Below, piece after piece: positions 39,178-47,883 of a stretch of 64,000 bases of DNA. The DNA lies in assembly GCA_964349485.1 (NCBI GenBank), contig CAYGGE010000002.1, forward strand, positions 72,060 to 136,059, in the 5' to 3' direction. The stretch is from an uncultured Candidatus Saccharibacteria bacterium (GTDB lineage: Bacteria; Patescibacteriota; UBA1384; CAYGGE01). Numbering within the stretch: position 1 is the first letter of the stretch; each line of letters begins with the position of its first letter. The notes beneath the pieces were generated by a model, which was not told where the DNA came from, did no database searches, and saw only the letters and a program-made list of their open reading frames with translations. A program made the position numbers and the translations under genes.

Positions 39178-39956
39178 AGGGCCTCAAGCTTAGCTTTGAT
39201 GATGGCCAAATCGTTAGGCAAGGGCGAAGTAACGTCAACGGTCTCCCCTGTTTCGGGGTGGGTAAATGACAGCCGCTTGGCGTGGAGAAACTGGCGCGCT
39301 AACCCCCAGTCTTTGGCGATATTGCGACTCGGCTTGGTTTGGTAGGTCTGATCCCCGAGAACTGGCCAGCCCTTGTATTTCATATGAACACGGATCTGGT
39401 GCATCCGTCCACTATGCAAGCTTACCGTCACCAAACTGATTGGTATATTCTGCCCCTTATATCGATAGTACCAGGTCTGATCCGTCTTGTAATCGGTTCT
39501 CGATTCCTTGCCTTTCCCAGTAAAACTGACCGCCATCTCGCGCCGTTTGCGCGGGTTTCGGACGATAAACGTAACGATACTCCCCTCTTCTGGGTCTGGA
39601 TTACCCACGACTAAAGTCACATACTCTTTCTGTACTTCTCGATTCTTGAACAATGCCTGAAGTTTCTGCCCCAGATCCGGGGTCTTGGCGATAACCAATA
39701 AGCCTGATGTATCTTTATCTAATCGATGGACAATGCCTGGTCGGAAGTACAGCGGATCAGGGTTGCTGGCATATGCTTTGACGATATCCGGATGTTCTTC
39801 CTTGATCCAGTCAGTCAGCAACGGGCTTCTTTGAAGATTGAAATCTGACAATTGGTCACTTGTCGGATTACCGGCTCCCTCGTGCACAATAACCCCGGCC
39901 GGTTTATCGACAACCAGGAGAAACTGATCTTCATAGATAACGGGTATCTTAATCAT
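39174..39956 (-). CDS. RluA-family pseudouridine synthase
   Basis: LLVVDKPAGV...HRLDKDTSGLLVIAKT catalytic-Asp motif. No S4 domain. Confidence 0.8.
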   Translation of the reverse strand: MIKIPVIYEDQFLLVVDKPAGVIVHEGAGNPTSDQLSDFNLQRSPLLTDWIKEEHPDIVKAYASNPDPLYFRPGIVHRLDKDTSGLLVIAKTPDLGQKLQALFKNREVQKEYVTLVVGNPDPEEGSIVTFIVRNPRKRREMAVSFTGKGKESRTDYKTDQTWYYRYKGQNIPISLVTVSLHSGRMHQIRVHMKYKGWPVLGDQTYQTKPSRNIAKDWGLARQFLHAKRLSFTHPETGETVDVTSPLPNDLAIIKAKLEAL

Positions 39957-39957
39957 A

Positions 39958-40845
39958 TTAGCGAATTATTGACTGGATTTGTGTGGCGTTGGTGATACGT
40001 ACTCTTTTTAGCAGATGAGGCGACTGTTGCCAATCGGCGCCGCTACTGACGCCATATTTTGTGGTCGTGGCTGTTTTATAGCCAGCCTCTTTAACGATCT
40101 GGAGAGTTGTATCGTTATATTTGCCTACTGGATAACAGAAAGTGGTCACTGGTTTGCCGATTAGTTGCTCGAGCGCTACCTTACTCTCAACGATCTGTCT
40201 ACGTTGTTCGACGGCACCTAGTCGATTCAATTCATGATGACTAACCGTATGAGCTCCAATTTCATGTCCTGCTTCAGCTAATTTCTTCACCTGTTCAGCA
40301 GTCAGGTAACCGGGCTTATCGATAAAATCACTTACAATATAGAATACGCCCCTCATGCCAGCATCCTCAAGTGTTGTGGCCGCCACCATCGCGTCAGCGT
40401 AACCATCGTCGAAAGTTAAGATAATTGGGTTCTCTGGCACGGCTCGTTCAAGATTCGAAAATGTAGTGGCGCTAAAGCCAGCTGATTTAATCTTCGCTAA
40501 TTGTTTAGCGAAGTTCGTTGGCGAGACTGATAGGTTAGCGCCAACCTTGTCTTTCGGTTTTGAATTAATTCGAATGTAGTGGTACATGAGGATGGGCAAT
40601 TTCCGTTCCAAAGGTAACGTCAACGATTGAGTCGTCGCCACATCGGCCGTCGACAAAGGTATTGGCAAGTAAGCTAATTGGGTGCTCACTGACTGCGTTT
40701 TCACTCGAGCTAAAGGTGCCGGGGCTTCTGTGATGACAAGACCAAATGTAACCATTAAAAAAAATATCGATACGATCAAGATCGATCGAGTAATGTAAGG
40801 ATCATTATGCAGTTTTGGGTGCTGTACTGGGCTAACTTTAGTCAA
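39958..40845 (-). CDS. Polysaccharide deacetylase (NodB/CE4 family), membrane-anchored
   Basis: N-terminal TM helix. ILTFDDGYAD...GHEIGAHTVSHHEL motif. Confidence 0.75.
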   Translation of the reverse strand: MTKVSPVQHPKLHNDPYITRSILIVSIFFLMVTFGLVITEAPAPLARVKTQSVSTQLAYLPIPLSTADVATTQSLTLPLERKLPILMYHYIRINSKPKDKVGANLSVSPTNFAKQLAKIKSAGFSATTFSNLERAVPENPIILTFDDGYADAMVAATTLEDAGMRGVFYIVSDFIDKPGYLTAEQVKKLAEAGHEIGAHTVSHHELNRLGAVEQRRQIVESKVALEQLIGKPVTTFCYPVGKYNDTTLQIVKEAGYKTATTTKYGVSSGADWQQSPHLLKRVRITNATQIQSIIR

Positions 40846-40880
40846 TAAACCTGCTTTGCTGCGATTGGTATTTCAGTATA

Positions 40881-41612
40881 TCAGCTTTTCCCCTTCGAGA
40901 GAACAGGTTGAGCTTTTTCTTGCTTTCGACGAGGGATGAAGATGAAGGCAAGAGCCATCCATAAGATCATCACAGGGATGAAGAGCCAGCTACTGAATAG
41001 CTTTATGACATATGGGCCAGTTAGATAACTGATTAGGCCCCAGATACTATCCCATATGATGAGCGAGATAGCTGACCAGAGGGCAACGGTTTTAAACGGC
41101 ATGTTGATGACGCCAGCACCTGTAGTGACAATTGCTGCAAGGTTAGGGTGAAAAAAGCTAGTTAACATGATTCGTGGTCCTTTTTCTCGAAGTGTGTCCT
41201 GCATCCCTTCTATGACATCGCCATAGCCAAACTTGAGTAATAGTTTATAGACACCATGTTTACCAAGCCAATAGTTAAACAGATAAGACAGGTAGAAACC
41301 GATGATAATTAAGGTGACGTAAAAAGGTACGGACTGATGATTGTTGACGGCAAATGCTACCCCGAGCAGAATTGCTGTTGATCCAGGATAGTAGAGGTTA
41401 ATGACAAAGATGCCCTCGATAATTGCTGAGATAAAGACGAACCATGCACCGTACTCTCGATACCAATTCTGAAGTTGCTCCGTTATCTCCGCTGGAGTAG
41501 CGATGACACCACTAAAACGAAGATAAAGAACCAAAACAAAAAGTCCAATCGAGACGATGATCCCAATTTTCTCGCCTAATTCCTGCTCTTCCTTGGTCGG
41601 TAAATTACTCAT
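40881..41612 (-). CDS. Polytopic membrane protein (possibly DedA/VTT family)
   Basis: About 6 TM helices. The family call is tentative. Confidence 0.35.
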   Translation of the reverse strand: MSNLPTKEEQELGEKIGIIVSIGLFVLVLYLRFSGVIATPAEITEQLQNWYREYGAWFVFISAIIEGIFVINLYYPGSTAILLGVAFAVNNHQSVPFYVTLIIIGFYLSYLFNYWLGKHGVYKLLLKFGYGDVIEGMQDTLREKGPRIMLTSFFHPNLAAIVTTGAGVINMPFKTVALWSAISLIIWDSIWGLISYLTGPYVIKLFSSWLFIPVMILWMALAFIFIPRRKQEKAQPVLSKGKS

Positions 41613-41793
41613 ATACTTATTGTACGCTAGTTATACATACAAGTTAAAAGCTGTGGATAACTTAGTCCATAAAGCATGCTTGTAATTGATACCTGACGTT
41701 GGTATATTAACTTTAATTTTGTGCACCTTTGTTCGCCATTCCCGTCTGGCGAGCATTTTTTAAAGGGGCCTTGCCCCGGAAAGTGATACCTTC

Positions 41794-42090
41794 ATGCGTC
41801 GGTCTTGGAGAGATAAAAGTGACCAGCGACTGGCTGACACTTATCATGTGGGAGCGCTGACGATTCACGTTGTGGGCTGTGCTCACCGAGTGATCACGCG
41901 TCACGATCCGACTTCCCTGGAGGTGTATCTTATATACCTCGCTGACTCTTGGCTGGGCAAGGCCGTCAGTGGCATGACTAAGTACGGCTTCCTAGATGGA
42001 GTCATCGTCTGGAGTTACGACCGAGTTGCGGCTGTCCTCACTGTCCAGATTTCGACGGAGGCGTTGCAGATTGTCTTCCCGCCCGGGTGA
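41794..42090 (+). CDS. Orphan 98-aa ORF (hypothetical). The coding status is uncertain.
   Basis: A promoter-like TTGTAA-17-TATATT lies at 41683-41713, and a strong terminator lies downstream. Sampled GC is about 57%. No family recognised. Confidence 0.25.
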   Translation: MRRSWRDKSDQRLADTYHVGALTIHVVGCAHRVITRHDPTSLEVYLIYLADSWLGKAVSGMTKYGFLDGVIVWSYDRVAAVLTVQISTEALQIVFPPG

Positions 42091-42106
42091 TTACCCAGGC
42101 AACTAG

Positions 42107-42150
42107 CAAATGGGCGGTTCGCTGAGCGGACCGCCCATAGCTTTTTTTAG
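42107..42150 (+). terminator. Rho-independent terminator (gggcggt-tcgctgagcgg-accgccc + TTTTTTT); may act bidirectionally
   Basis: A 7-bp GC-rich stem plus a U-tract on the plus strand. On the minus strand an A-run precedes it, after the helicase gene. Confidence 0.55.
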
Positions 42151-42168
42151 TTCTCACTATTCTTTCGT

Positions 42169-45100
42169 CTAGATATCACAGAAGTCACAAGGCGGTCGAT
42201 TCGGGTCCTCGATGTGCGGAAACTCTAGGCTTAACATCTGGGCATAGATCGTCTTGATCAGTTCTTTGAGGTCTTTAGTCTCTTCTTTGGTAATCTCAAA
42301 AATCTCCGTCGTGAACCGTTCGTCATCGTCGACGAAAGCCAGGCCAGTCTCCTTCACCTTATAAGGAAACTGTTTGTCGAGTTCGCAGAGCATTTGATAA
42401 AAAATCAATTGACGCTTATAGTCTTCGTCTGCACTGACAGTCTTGCCTTCGATCTCGTTACGGCTACGTGCTCGGCCGGTTTTATAGTCGATGATTCGCA
42501 CAGTTTTACTCGGGCCGTCGATGAGTTCTAATTTATCCAGTTTGCCAGTGATGTTGATATCACCTTCGGGACTGGGGATCACGATATGGTGCGTATCGAA
42601 ACCGTATTCCACGTCGACTGTAGGATTCACTGAACGTAAGTGAGTCTCAAAATAGTGGGTTAGGACAGTTGTTCCCTTGCGCAAAAAAGCCTCAAAGTCG
42701 ACGGGGTTCAGGATCTCTTTGGCTAACGCCTCCCGAAAGGCCGCGAGTAGGTCGTCAAGAGCTGGTACGTGTTTGTTCGCTTTGTGTTGTATGAAAAAGG
42801 CCTGCATGGCGGCATGGACGGCGGTACCGTAACCTTGGCTAGCGGTTTTAGCCGTCGGAATGCGCAAGATGTTTTTATACAGATAGCCTTTCGGACAGCG
42901 CAGATAGTTGTTTAAGCCTGTTGGGGTGATCGGTTGTTCTCGAATCAACTGGCGAAGATATTCCGCTTCCTGCTCGCTGAAGTGAGCCTCTACGATCGGA
43001 CTAAACAGGGCCAGGAGATGAGCGCCGGCCTCTGCCTCACTAGCCGTCGTATCAATTCTACACAAGGCATCTTCTCCAATTTCAGAGAGAAATTGGCTCG
43101 GCAATTGTTCTTTACCGTTTTTCCGCATGGCGTGGGTGAGATATAGACAACGCTTGGCTCTAGTGAGGGCGACGTAAAATAAGCGTCGATCATCTTCATT
43201 TTTTTCGTCTTGCGTGCTAACCGTATGACCAATCAAGCCGAATGGTAGTTTCAATGAACTACGACGGGTCGCATTGCCCCAGTGCTTATCGACTAGATTT
43301 GGCAAAAAGACATGCTCAAACTCTAGGCCTTTAGCCTTATGAGCGGTCATCAGTCGAATAACTCCCTGGTTTGCTCCGGTATTGAGCGGTGACGGTACGA
43401 GCTGGATGCGGTTAGCGATCAGTAAATCAAAGTGCTCAAGGAGCTTCGATAGATTAAGTAAGGGATCCTTAGTCGCCAGTTTTTTGACCTCATCGAAGAA
43501 GCGACGTAAGCGATGGAGCCGTTCGATCTTGGTGGTTGATTCAAGGATTTGGGCGAGTAACCCGGACTCTCGGATGACAATCTCCAGAAATTCGGGCATT
43601 GAGGTATTGAGTGATGCGACTCGCCATTCCCCGAGATTCTTGTAAATATCCTGAAAAGCTGTCGGGTTATTCAGTGTTACTTCTAAAGTGTTTCCCGCCA
43701 GTTGGTCAAGGACATCGATGATACTGGTCCGATTCTTAGCCCGGTAGGCAGTCAATCTTAGCAGATCGATTCCATCAATCTTGCTAAAGTCGTAGTGCAA
43801 TAACTCAAACAGCGACCGAGAATCGGTCGGTTCGTTGATGGCTCGTAGCATGGTCAGCAGTCGGCGGATATCGATATCGACCAGCACATTACTTCCCCGC
43901 TCTAGGCTAAAGGCGATGCCTAATCGGCATAGGATATCGGCAAAACTATCCGCCTCGCGGTTCTCTTTGTAGATAATCGCAATCTCTTGTGGGAGACTCC
44001 CTGCTTCGATCAGCGACATAATTTTTTGAGCGATCCAGTACTGCTCTGTCTCTGGTGAGCTAAAAGCCGCGAGGCAGACCGGTGCGTAATTCTTTTCAGA
44101 CAGGTTAGACGATTCGTCATTCGTAAATATTACGTTACTTGCCACCAACTCATCGCTAATCCCTCCAATATGTTGGGTAATCCGCTCATTAGCTTGAACA
44201 ATAACTTTTTGAGCGGTATCCAGAATTGATTGATGCGACCGGTAGTTCTGTCTTAAGCTAACAACTTTCATCTCTGGGTACTTACGATAAAAGGCCAGCA
44301 TGTTGGCCATCGACGCTCCCTGGAAGCGGAAAATGGATTGCTTATCGTCCCCCACTACAAATAGGTTAGGACTGTCGAAGAAATCGGCTACCAGCTCGAC
44401 AAGCCGGTTCTGGGCACTGTTGGTGTCCTGGTATTCGTCGACTAAAATATATTGAAATCGTTCCTGGTAATAGGCCTTGAGATCGGCATCTTCTTCGAGC
44501 TTTTTGACAATGAACAGGATCATGTCGGCATAGTCGTAGAGGCCCTTTTCTTCCAGTTTCTGTTGATAGGCCGTATAGATTGTGGCCAGCTCCTGACATT
44601 TCTCGAGCTGTTTTATCTCTTCGGCGATTACGGCCTTCATCTTCCCCTTGTGAGCACCTTTTTCATGCATACTCGTTGGATCATTAGACAATTGCTCAAT
44701 GCTCGATTCGGTGATCTTTCGTAATTCAGCTGGCGAGATATTTTCATTCTTCAAATCCCCTATTCGGCCGATGATCTCGCTAGTGTAATGATACGGCGCA
44801 CGAGGCGGGCGGAGATCTTTGAGCTCTAATGAATCAATTAAATTCTCGATGATCTCAATTTGCTCAATCTCGTCGATCTGTACAAGCTCCCGGGCAAACT
44901 GAAACTTGTAAGGAAATTCGCCGATGATACTATTGGCAAAACCGTGAAAGGTATATATCCCCACGCCATATGCGGAGGATCCAATCACCGAGACTAAGCG
45001 CTTTCGCATGTTGGCGGCGGCTGAATCGGTAAAGGTCAGCGCCAAGATATTACGCGGATTCAATTGTGTCTTCTGCAAGATGGTGGCAATCCGGAGCGTC

Positions 45101-45228
45101 AAAATCTGCGTCTTCCCACTACCCGGGCCGGCAATCACCATGACCGGTCCCTCAATGGTATCGACAGCCGCTTTTTGTTCGGGATTGAGTTGGTTGTAGA
45201 GATCGTCAAAACTGACTTTGGGTATCAT
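42169..45228 (-). CDS. UvrD/PcrA-family helicase fused to a C-terminal RecB/Cas4-like PD-(D/E)xK nuclease with a Cys cluster (AddA-like)
   Basis: Walker A AGPGSGKTQ, helicase motifs (VDEYQDTN, QNYRS...) and a C-terminal IDYKTGRA nuclease motif plus C...CDFCD. The start is placed at MIPKVSFDDL, preceded by GAGGTG. Confidence 0.75.
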   Translation of the reverse strand: MIPKVSFDDLYNQLNPEQKAAVDTIEGPVMVIAGPGSGKTQILTLRIATILQKTQLNPRNILALTFTDSAAANMRKRLVSVIGSSAYGVGIYTFHGFANSIIGEFPYKFQFARELVQIDEIEQIEIIENLIDSLELKDLRPPRAPYHYTSEIIGRIGDLKNENISPAELRKITESSIEQLSNDPTSMHEKGAHKGKMKAVIAEEIKQLEKCQELATIYTAYQQKLEEKGLYDYADMILFIVKKLEEDADLKAYYQERFQYILVDEYQDTNSAQNRLVELVADFFDSPNLFVVGDDKQSIFRFQGASMANMLAFYRKYPEMKVVSLRQNYRSHQSILDTAQKVIVQANERITQHIGGISDELVASNVIFTNDESSNLSEKNYAPVCLAAFSSPETEQYWIAQKIMSLIEAGSLPQEIAIIYKENREADSFADILCRLGIAFSLERGSNVLVDIDIRRLLTMLRAINEPTDSRSLFELLHYDFSKIDGIDLLRLTAYRAKNRTSIIDVLDQLAGNTLEVTLNNPTAFQDIYKNLGEWRVASLNTSMPEFLEIVIRESGLLAQILESTTKIERLHRLRRFFDEVKKLATKDPLLNLSKLLEHFDLLIANRIQLVPSPLNTGANQGVIRLMTAHKAKGLEFEHVFLPNLVDKHWGNATRRSSLKLPFGLIGHTVSTQDEKNEDDRRLFYVALTRAKRCLYLTHAMRKNGKEQLPSQFLSEIGEDALCRIDTTASEAEAGAHLLALFSPIVEAHFSEQEAEYLRQLIREQPITPTGLNNYLRCPKGYLYKNILRIPTAKTASQGYGTAVHAAMQAFFIQHKANKHVPALDDLLAAFREALAKEILNPVDFEAFLRKGTTVLTHYFETHLRSVNPTVDVEYGFDTHHIVIPSPEGDINITGKLDKLELIDGPSKTVRIIDYKTGRARSRNEIEGKTVSADEDYKRQLIFYQMLCELDKQFPYKVKETGLAFVDDDERFTTEIFEITKEETKDLKELIKTIYAQMLSLEFPHIEDPNRPPCDFCDI

Positions 45229-45229
45229 A

Positions 45230-46387
45230 TTAGAGCACCTCATCTTCCATAGGCTCCTTACCGATCTCCCCGAGTTCGATCTCGGGTAGCGTCGACATGG
45301 CAGAACCGATAATACCTTGCAAGTCGCCACTCATGCCAATCATGTTGTCGATGACTCGTCCGATCTGTTTTTCCCGTTTGGCCCAGATTAAGGTATAGGC
45401 TCGCTTCTCTTTCTCAAGATCATCGTGCATGGTGGTCACTGCGTCACGGGTTGCCTCTACTCGTTGGGTGAAGGCGGGGCTGGTTAGGTAGTTGTAGACG
45501 ACTTCCATCTTTTCATTCTTCCCCACAACCGATAGCTTGGTAACCGTGATCTCAATCAGGCTACTACGTAGTAGCTTTGCTAAGCTAACTAAGCAGTCAT
45601 AACGGGTAATGTAGATCCCCTCTTTGAACCCGAAGGTAATAATATCTGAAGGCAGAACGCTTGTGATGAGCACTGCAACTTCAGCCTTTTTTGCTCGCTG
45701 ATCATCTTTTAGTTTGGTAATCCAGCCGGGTGACCAGTTCTTGGTATTTTTTGATTCCCAGATAATCGCTCCGCACTCTCGGCCGGCGGTGTCGCGAACT
45801 TTCTGGATGACATCGGCGCCGTTCACCCCTTTAGCGACCGGTATAATCTCATCGTAGGGAAACTCTTGACGTAGCAACTCTTCGAGCTCCAGCTCCAGGG
45901 TCTCTCCCTGAGACTGCTGTGATCCTTGCTGTAGCTTAATACGGAGATCTTCATTCATCTTCATGGCGTCTTGAAGCTTCCGGTCTTTCTCAGCGTCACG
46001 CAGGCGGTGCTCTTCAAGCATCTGCATGGCAACTGCCTGGCGAATCTTCTCCCGCTCTTCGTCTAGCTGACGTTGTTTCTCTATCTCAAAGTTACGTCGT
46101 TCTTCTTCGAGGATATTTTTTTGTTTGCGTAACTCAAGCTCAGCCGTGTGAGCTTCCTCGAGTTTCTTATTTTTTTCTTCAAGCTCTTCTTTGAGAAGCT
46201 TGCTTTCGTCACCTAGCTTCTCGGCAGCCTTCTCCTGCGCAACCTTCCAAAGTTTTGCCTTCTCTTCTTGGAGCCTTGTCGTAAACTGGGCCTCATACTT
46301 CTCTTCAAAGCGATGACTTAAAGCATCGTCAGGCGAGAACTGTTTCTCGCAGTTGGGGCAGGTTATCATCATGCTCTGATCAGCCAT
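45230..46387 (-). CDS. Zinc-ribbon + coiled-coil + PD-(D/E)xK-like C-terminal domain protein (DUF2130-like)
   Basis: N-terminal CPNCEK zinc ribbon, about 150 aa of E/K/R-rich coiled coil, and a C-terminal domain with D...IWESK (E-x-K) spacing. Its stop lies 1 nt from the helicase ATG. Confidence 0.5.
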   Translation of the reverse strand: MADQSMMITCPNCEKQFSPDDALSHRFEEKYEAQFTTRLQEEKAKLWKVAQEKAAEKLGDESKLLKEELEEKNKKLEEAHTAELELRKQKNILEEERRNFEIEKQRQLDEEREKIRQAVAMQMLEEHRLRDAEKDRKLQDAMKMNEDLRIKLQQGSQQSQGETLELELEELLRQEFPYDEIIPVAKGVNGADVIQKVRDTAGRECGAIIWESKNTKNWSPGWITKLKDDQRAKKAEVAVLITSVLPSDIITFGFKEGIYITRYDCLVSLAKLLRSSLIEITVTKLSVVGKNEKMEVVYNYLTSPAFTQRVEATRDAVTTMHDDLEKEKRAYTLIWAKREKQIGRVIDNMIGMSGDLQGIIGSAMSTLPEIELGEIGKEPMEDEVL

Positions 46388-46672
46388 AGGGTTACTCCTT
46401 GTTCGGTAGTTGTTCGTACTGGCATTGGCTCATTGATTATACTACAAAAAACCCACCTTGCGGTGGGCATTTTGTTCATATAATGAGAGGTGCGCTCTTG
46501 TCTCCGGTAAGGGATGAAGAGTGATGACCTACCAGGCATGCACATAAGGAGGGGGAACTGCACATGATCCTGGTAGATCGTCGCTCTCCAACTACGAAGA
46601 AATAAGTATAACAGAATATACTAAACTTGTCAACACCTGTTGTTCTATATTCATTATGGCTTAGACCAGCTG

Positions 46673-47818
46673 TTATTTCCCGTTTAGGTGTTCTTTATAC
46701 CATGTCATTAGGCCACCAAGAGCTGGGAGGGTTAGACCGATGAAGACGGCTAAACTTAACAACCAACCAATAACAGGTGTGGCGGTAAGGATAGCCAGTA
46801 CCAGAACCCCCAGGAATAAGGCTAGCCAGATGTTGCCTTTTTGATTGACTGATTCGGCAAGGAAGGTTCCAACGGTGATTGAGCCGATGACACATGAAAA
46901 CATGAGCAGTGGAATGTATAGAGCCAAACCGATCACGCCAATTGGCCAGCCGACAAGTGTAATGAAGGCAAATATGCTGACAACGGGGATGACAATCCAA
47001 GCTACAACACCTCTACCAAACAGCTCTTTCCAGTTGGACCGAATATTTTCAGTCACAGTGGTCACTTTCTTGGGGGCTAACCAGATAAGGAGAGCGCCGA
47101 GGATTAGGCTACTCAATAAACTGAAAAGCCATGCGCCAATGACGAAAGGAAAGAATAAGAACAAGAACACGGATGCTTCATTGTCATTACTTTCAAATTT
47201 TGGCTTGGTTCGTTCGGTCTTACCGGCTACCATAACTTGGTCAAGACCTTTGGCATCAGTGTCAGATCCGTAGGACAGGTCGACTCCGATCGATCCACCA
47301 GTGAAGGTCAAGCGATTAATCTCGCCTTTGAGTGTGCCACCAACGACCGCGTTGCTGGTCATTTGATCGACTGAGGCTTTGACATCACCCTTAACCGTTC
47401 CATTAAGAGTCAGTTCTGCGGCCCCTACATAGAGGTCACCGTTGATGATTGTTCCCTCTTTAATGATCACAGTTGAACCGGCAACGTAGACATCGTGGAC
47501 ATATTCTCCCGATATGGTAACCGTATTTCCCGCGGCAAACGCATTGTAACCAGCACCCTTGTCTATAGTAACAGTGTTACCGGCAGCATAGACACTCCGA
47601 TCGCCTCTTTCGCTGACGACTACGGTACTGCCCGCCGCAAATAGTTCACCGAAAACTGGGGCACTGATGTTGACGTTTTGACCGGCTAAAAATGCATCGT
47701 CACGGATCTCTTTGTTGATCGTAGTCGTACCATTTTCCGTAAACGTGGCCGCCTGGGCAGTTGGGCCGATGAACAGTCCGCATACGACAATAAAACTAAG
47801 AATGATTCGTTGCCACAT
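46673..47818 (-). CDS. Secreted/membrane protein with an N-terminal beta-helix-like repeat domain (AAG(N/S)TV(T/V)I) and a C-terminal six-TM domain
   Basis: Signal peptide present. Repeated bactofilin-like (F/Y)AAG(N/S)TV.I units. The C-terminal half is hydrophobic. Confidence 0.5.
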   Translation of the reverse strand: MWQRIILSFIVVCGLFIGPTAQAATFTENGTTTINKEIRDDAFLAGQNVNISAPVFGELFAAGSTVVVSERGDRSVYAAGNTVTIDKGAGYNAFAAGNTVTISGEYVHDVYVAGSTVIIKEGTIINGDLYVGAAELTLNGTVKGDVKASVDQMTSNAVVGGTLKGEINRLTFTGGSIGVDLSYGSDTDAKGLDQVMVAGKTERTKPKFESNDNEASVFLFLFFPFVIGAWLFSLLSSLILGALLIWLAPKKVTTVTENIRSNWKELFGRGVVAWIVIPVVSIFAFITLVGWPIGVIGLALYIPLLMFSCVIGSITVGTFLAESVNQKGNIWLALFLGVLVLAILTATPVIGWLLSLAVFIGLTLPALGGLMTWYKEHLNGK

Positions 47819-47883
47819 ACTGGTCCTTTGTGATGATTAATTATGATATTCAGCCAATAATCGTATCATAAGTACTTCGAGTG

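Noticed and set aside
41640-42160. RNase P RNA or tmRNA identity for the structured GC-richer region
   Set aside because: It lacks the universally conserved P4 or CR-I/CR-V motifs and any tRNA-like 3' end. It cannot be supported by eye.
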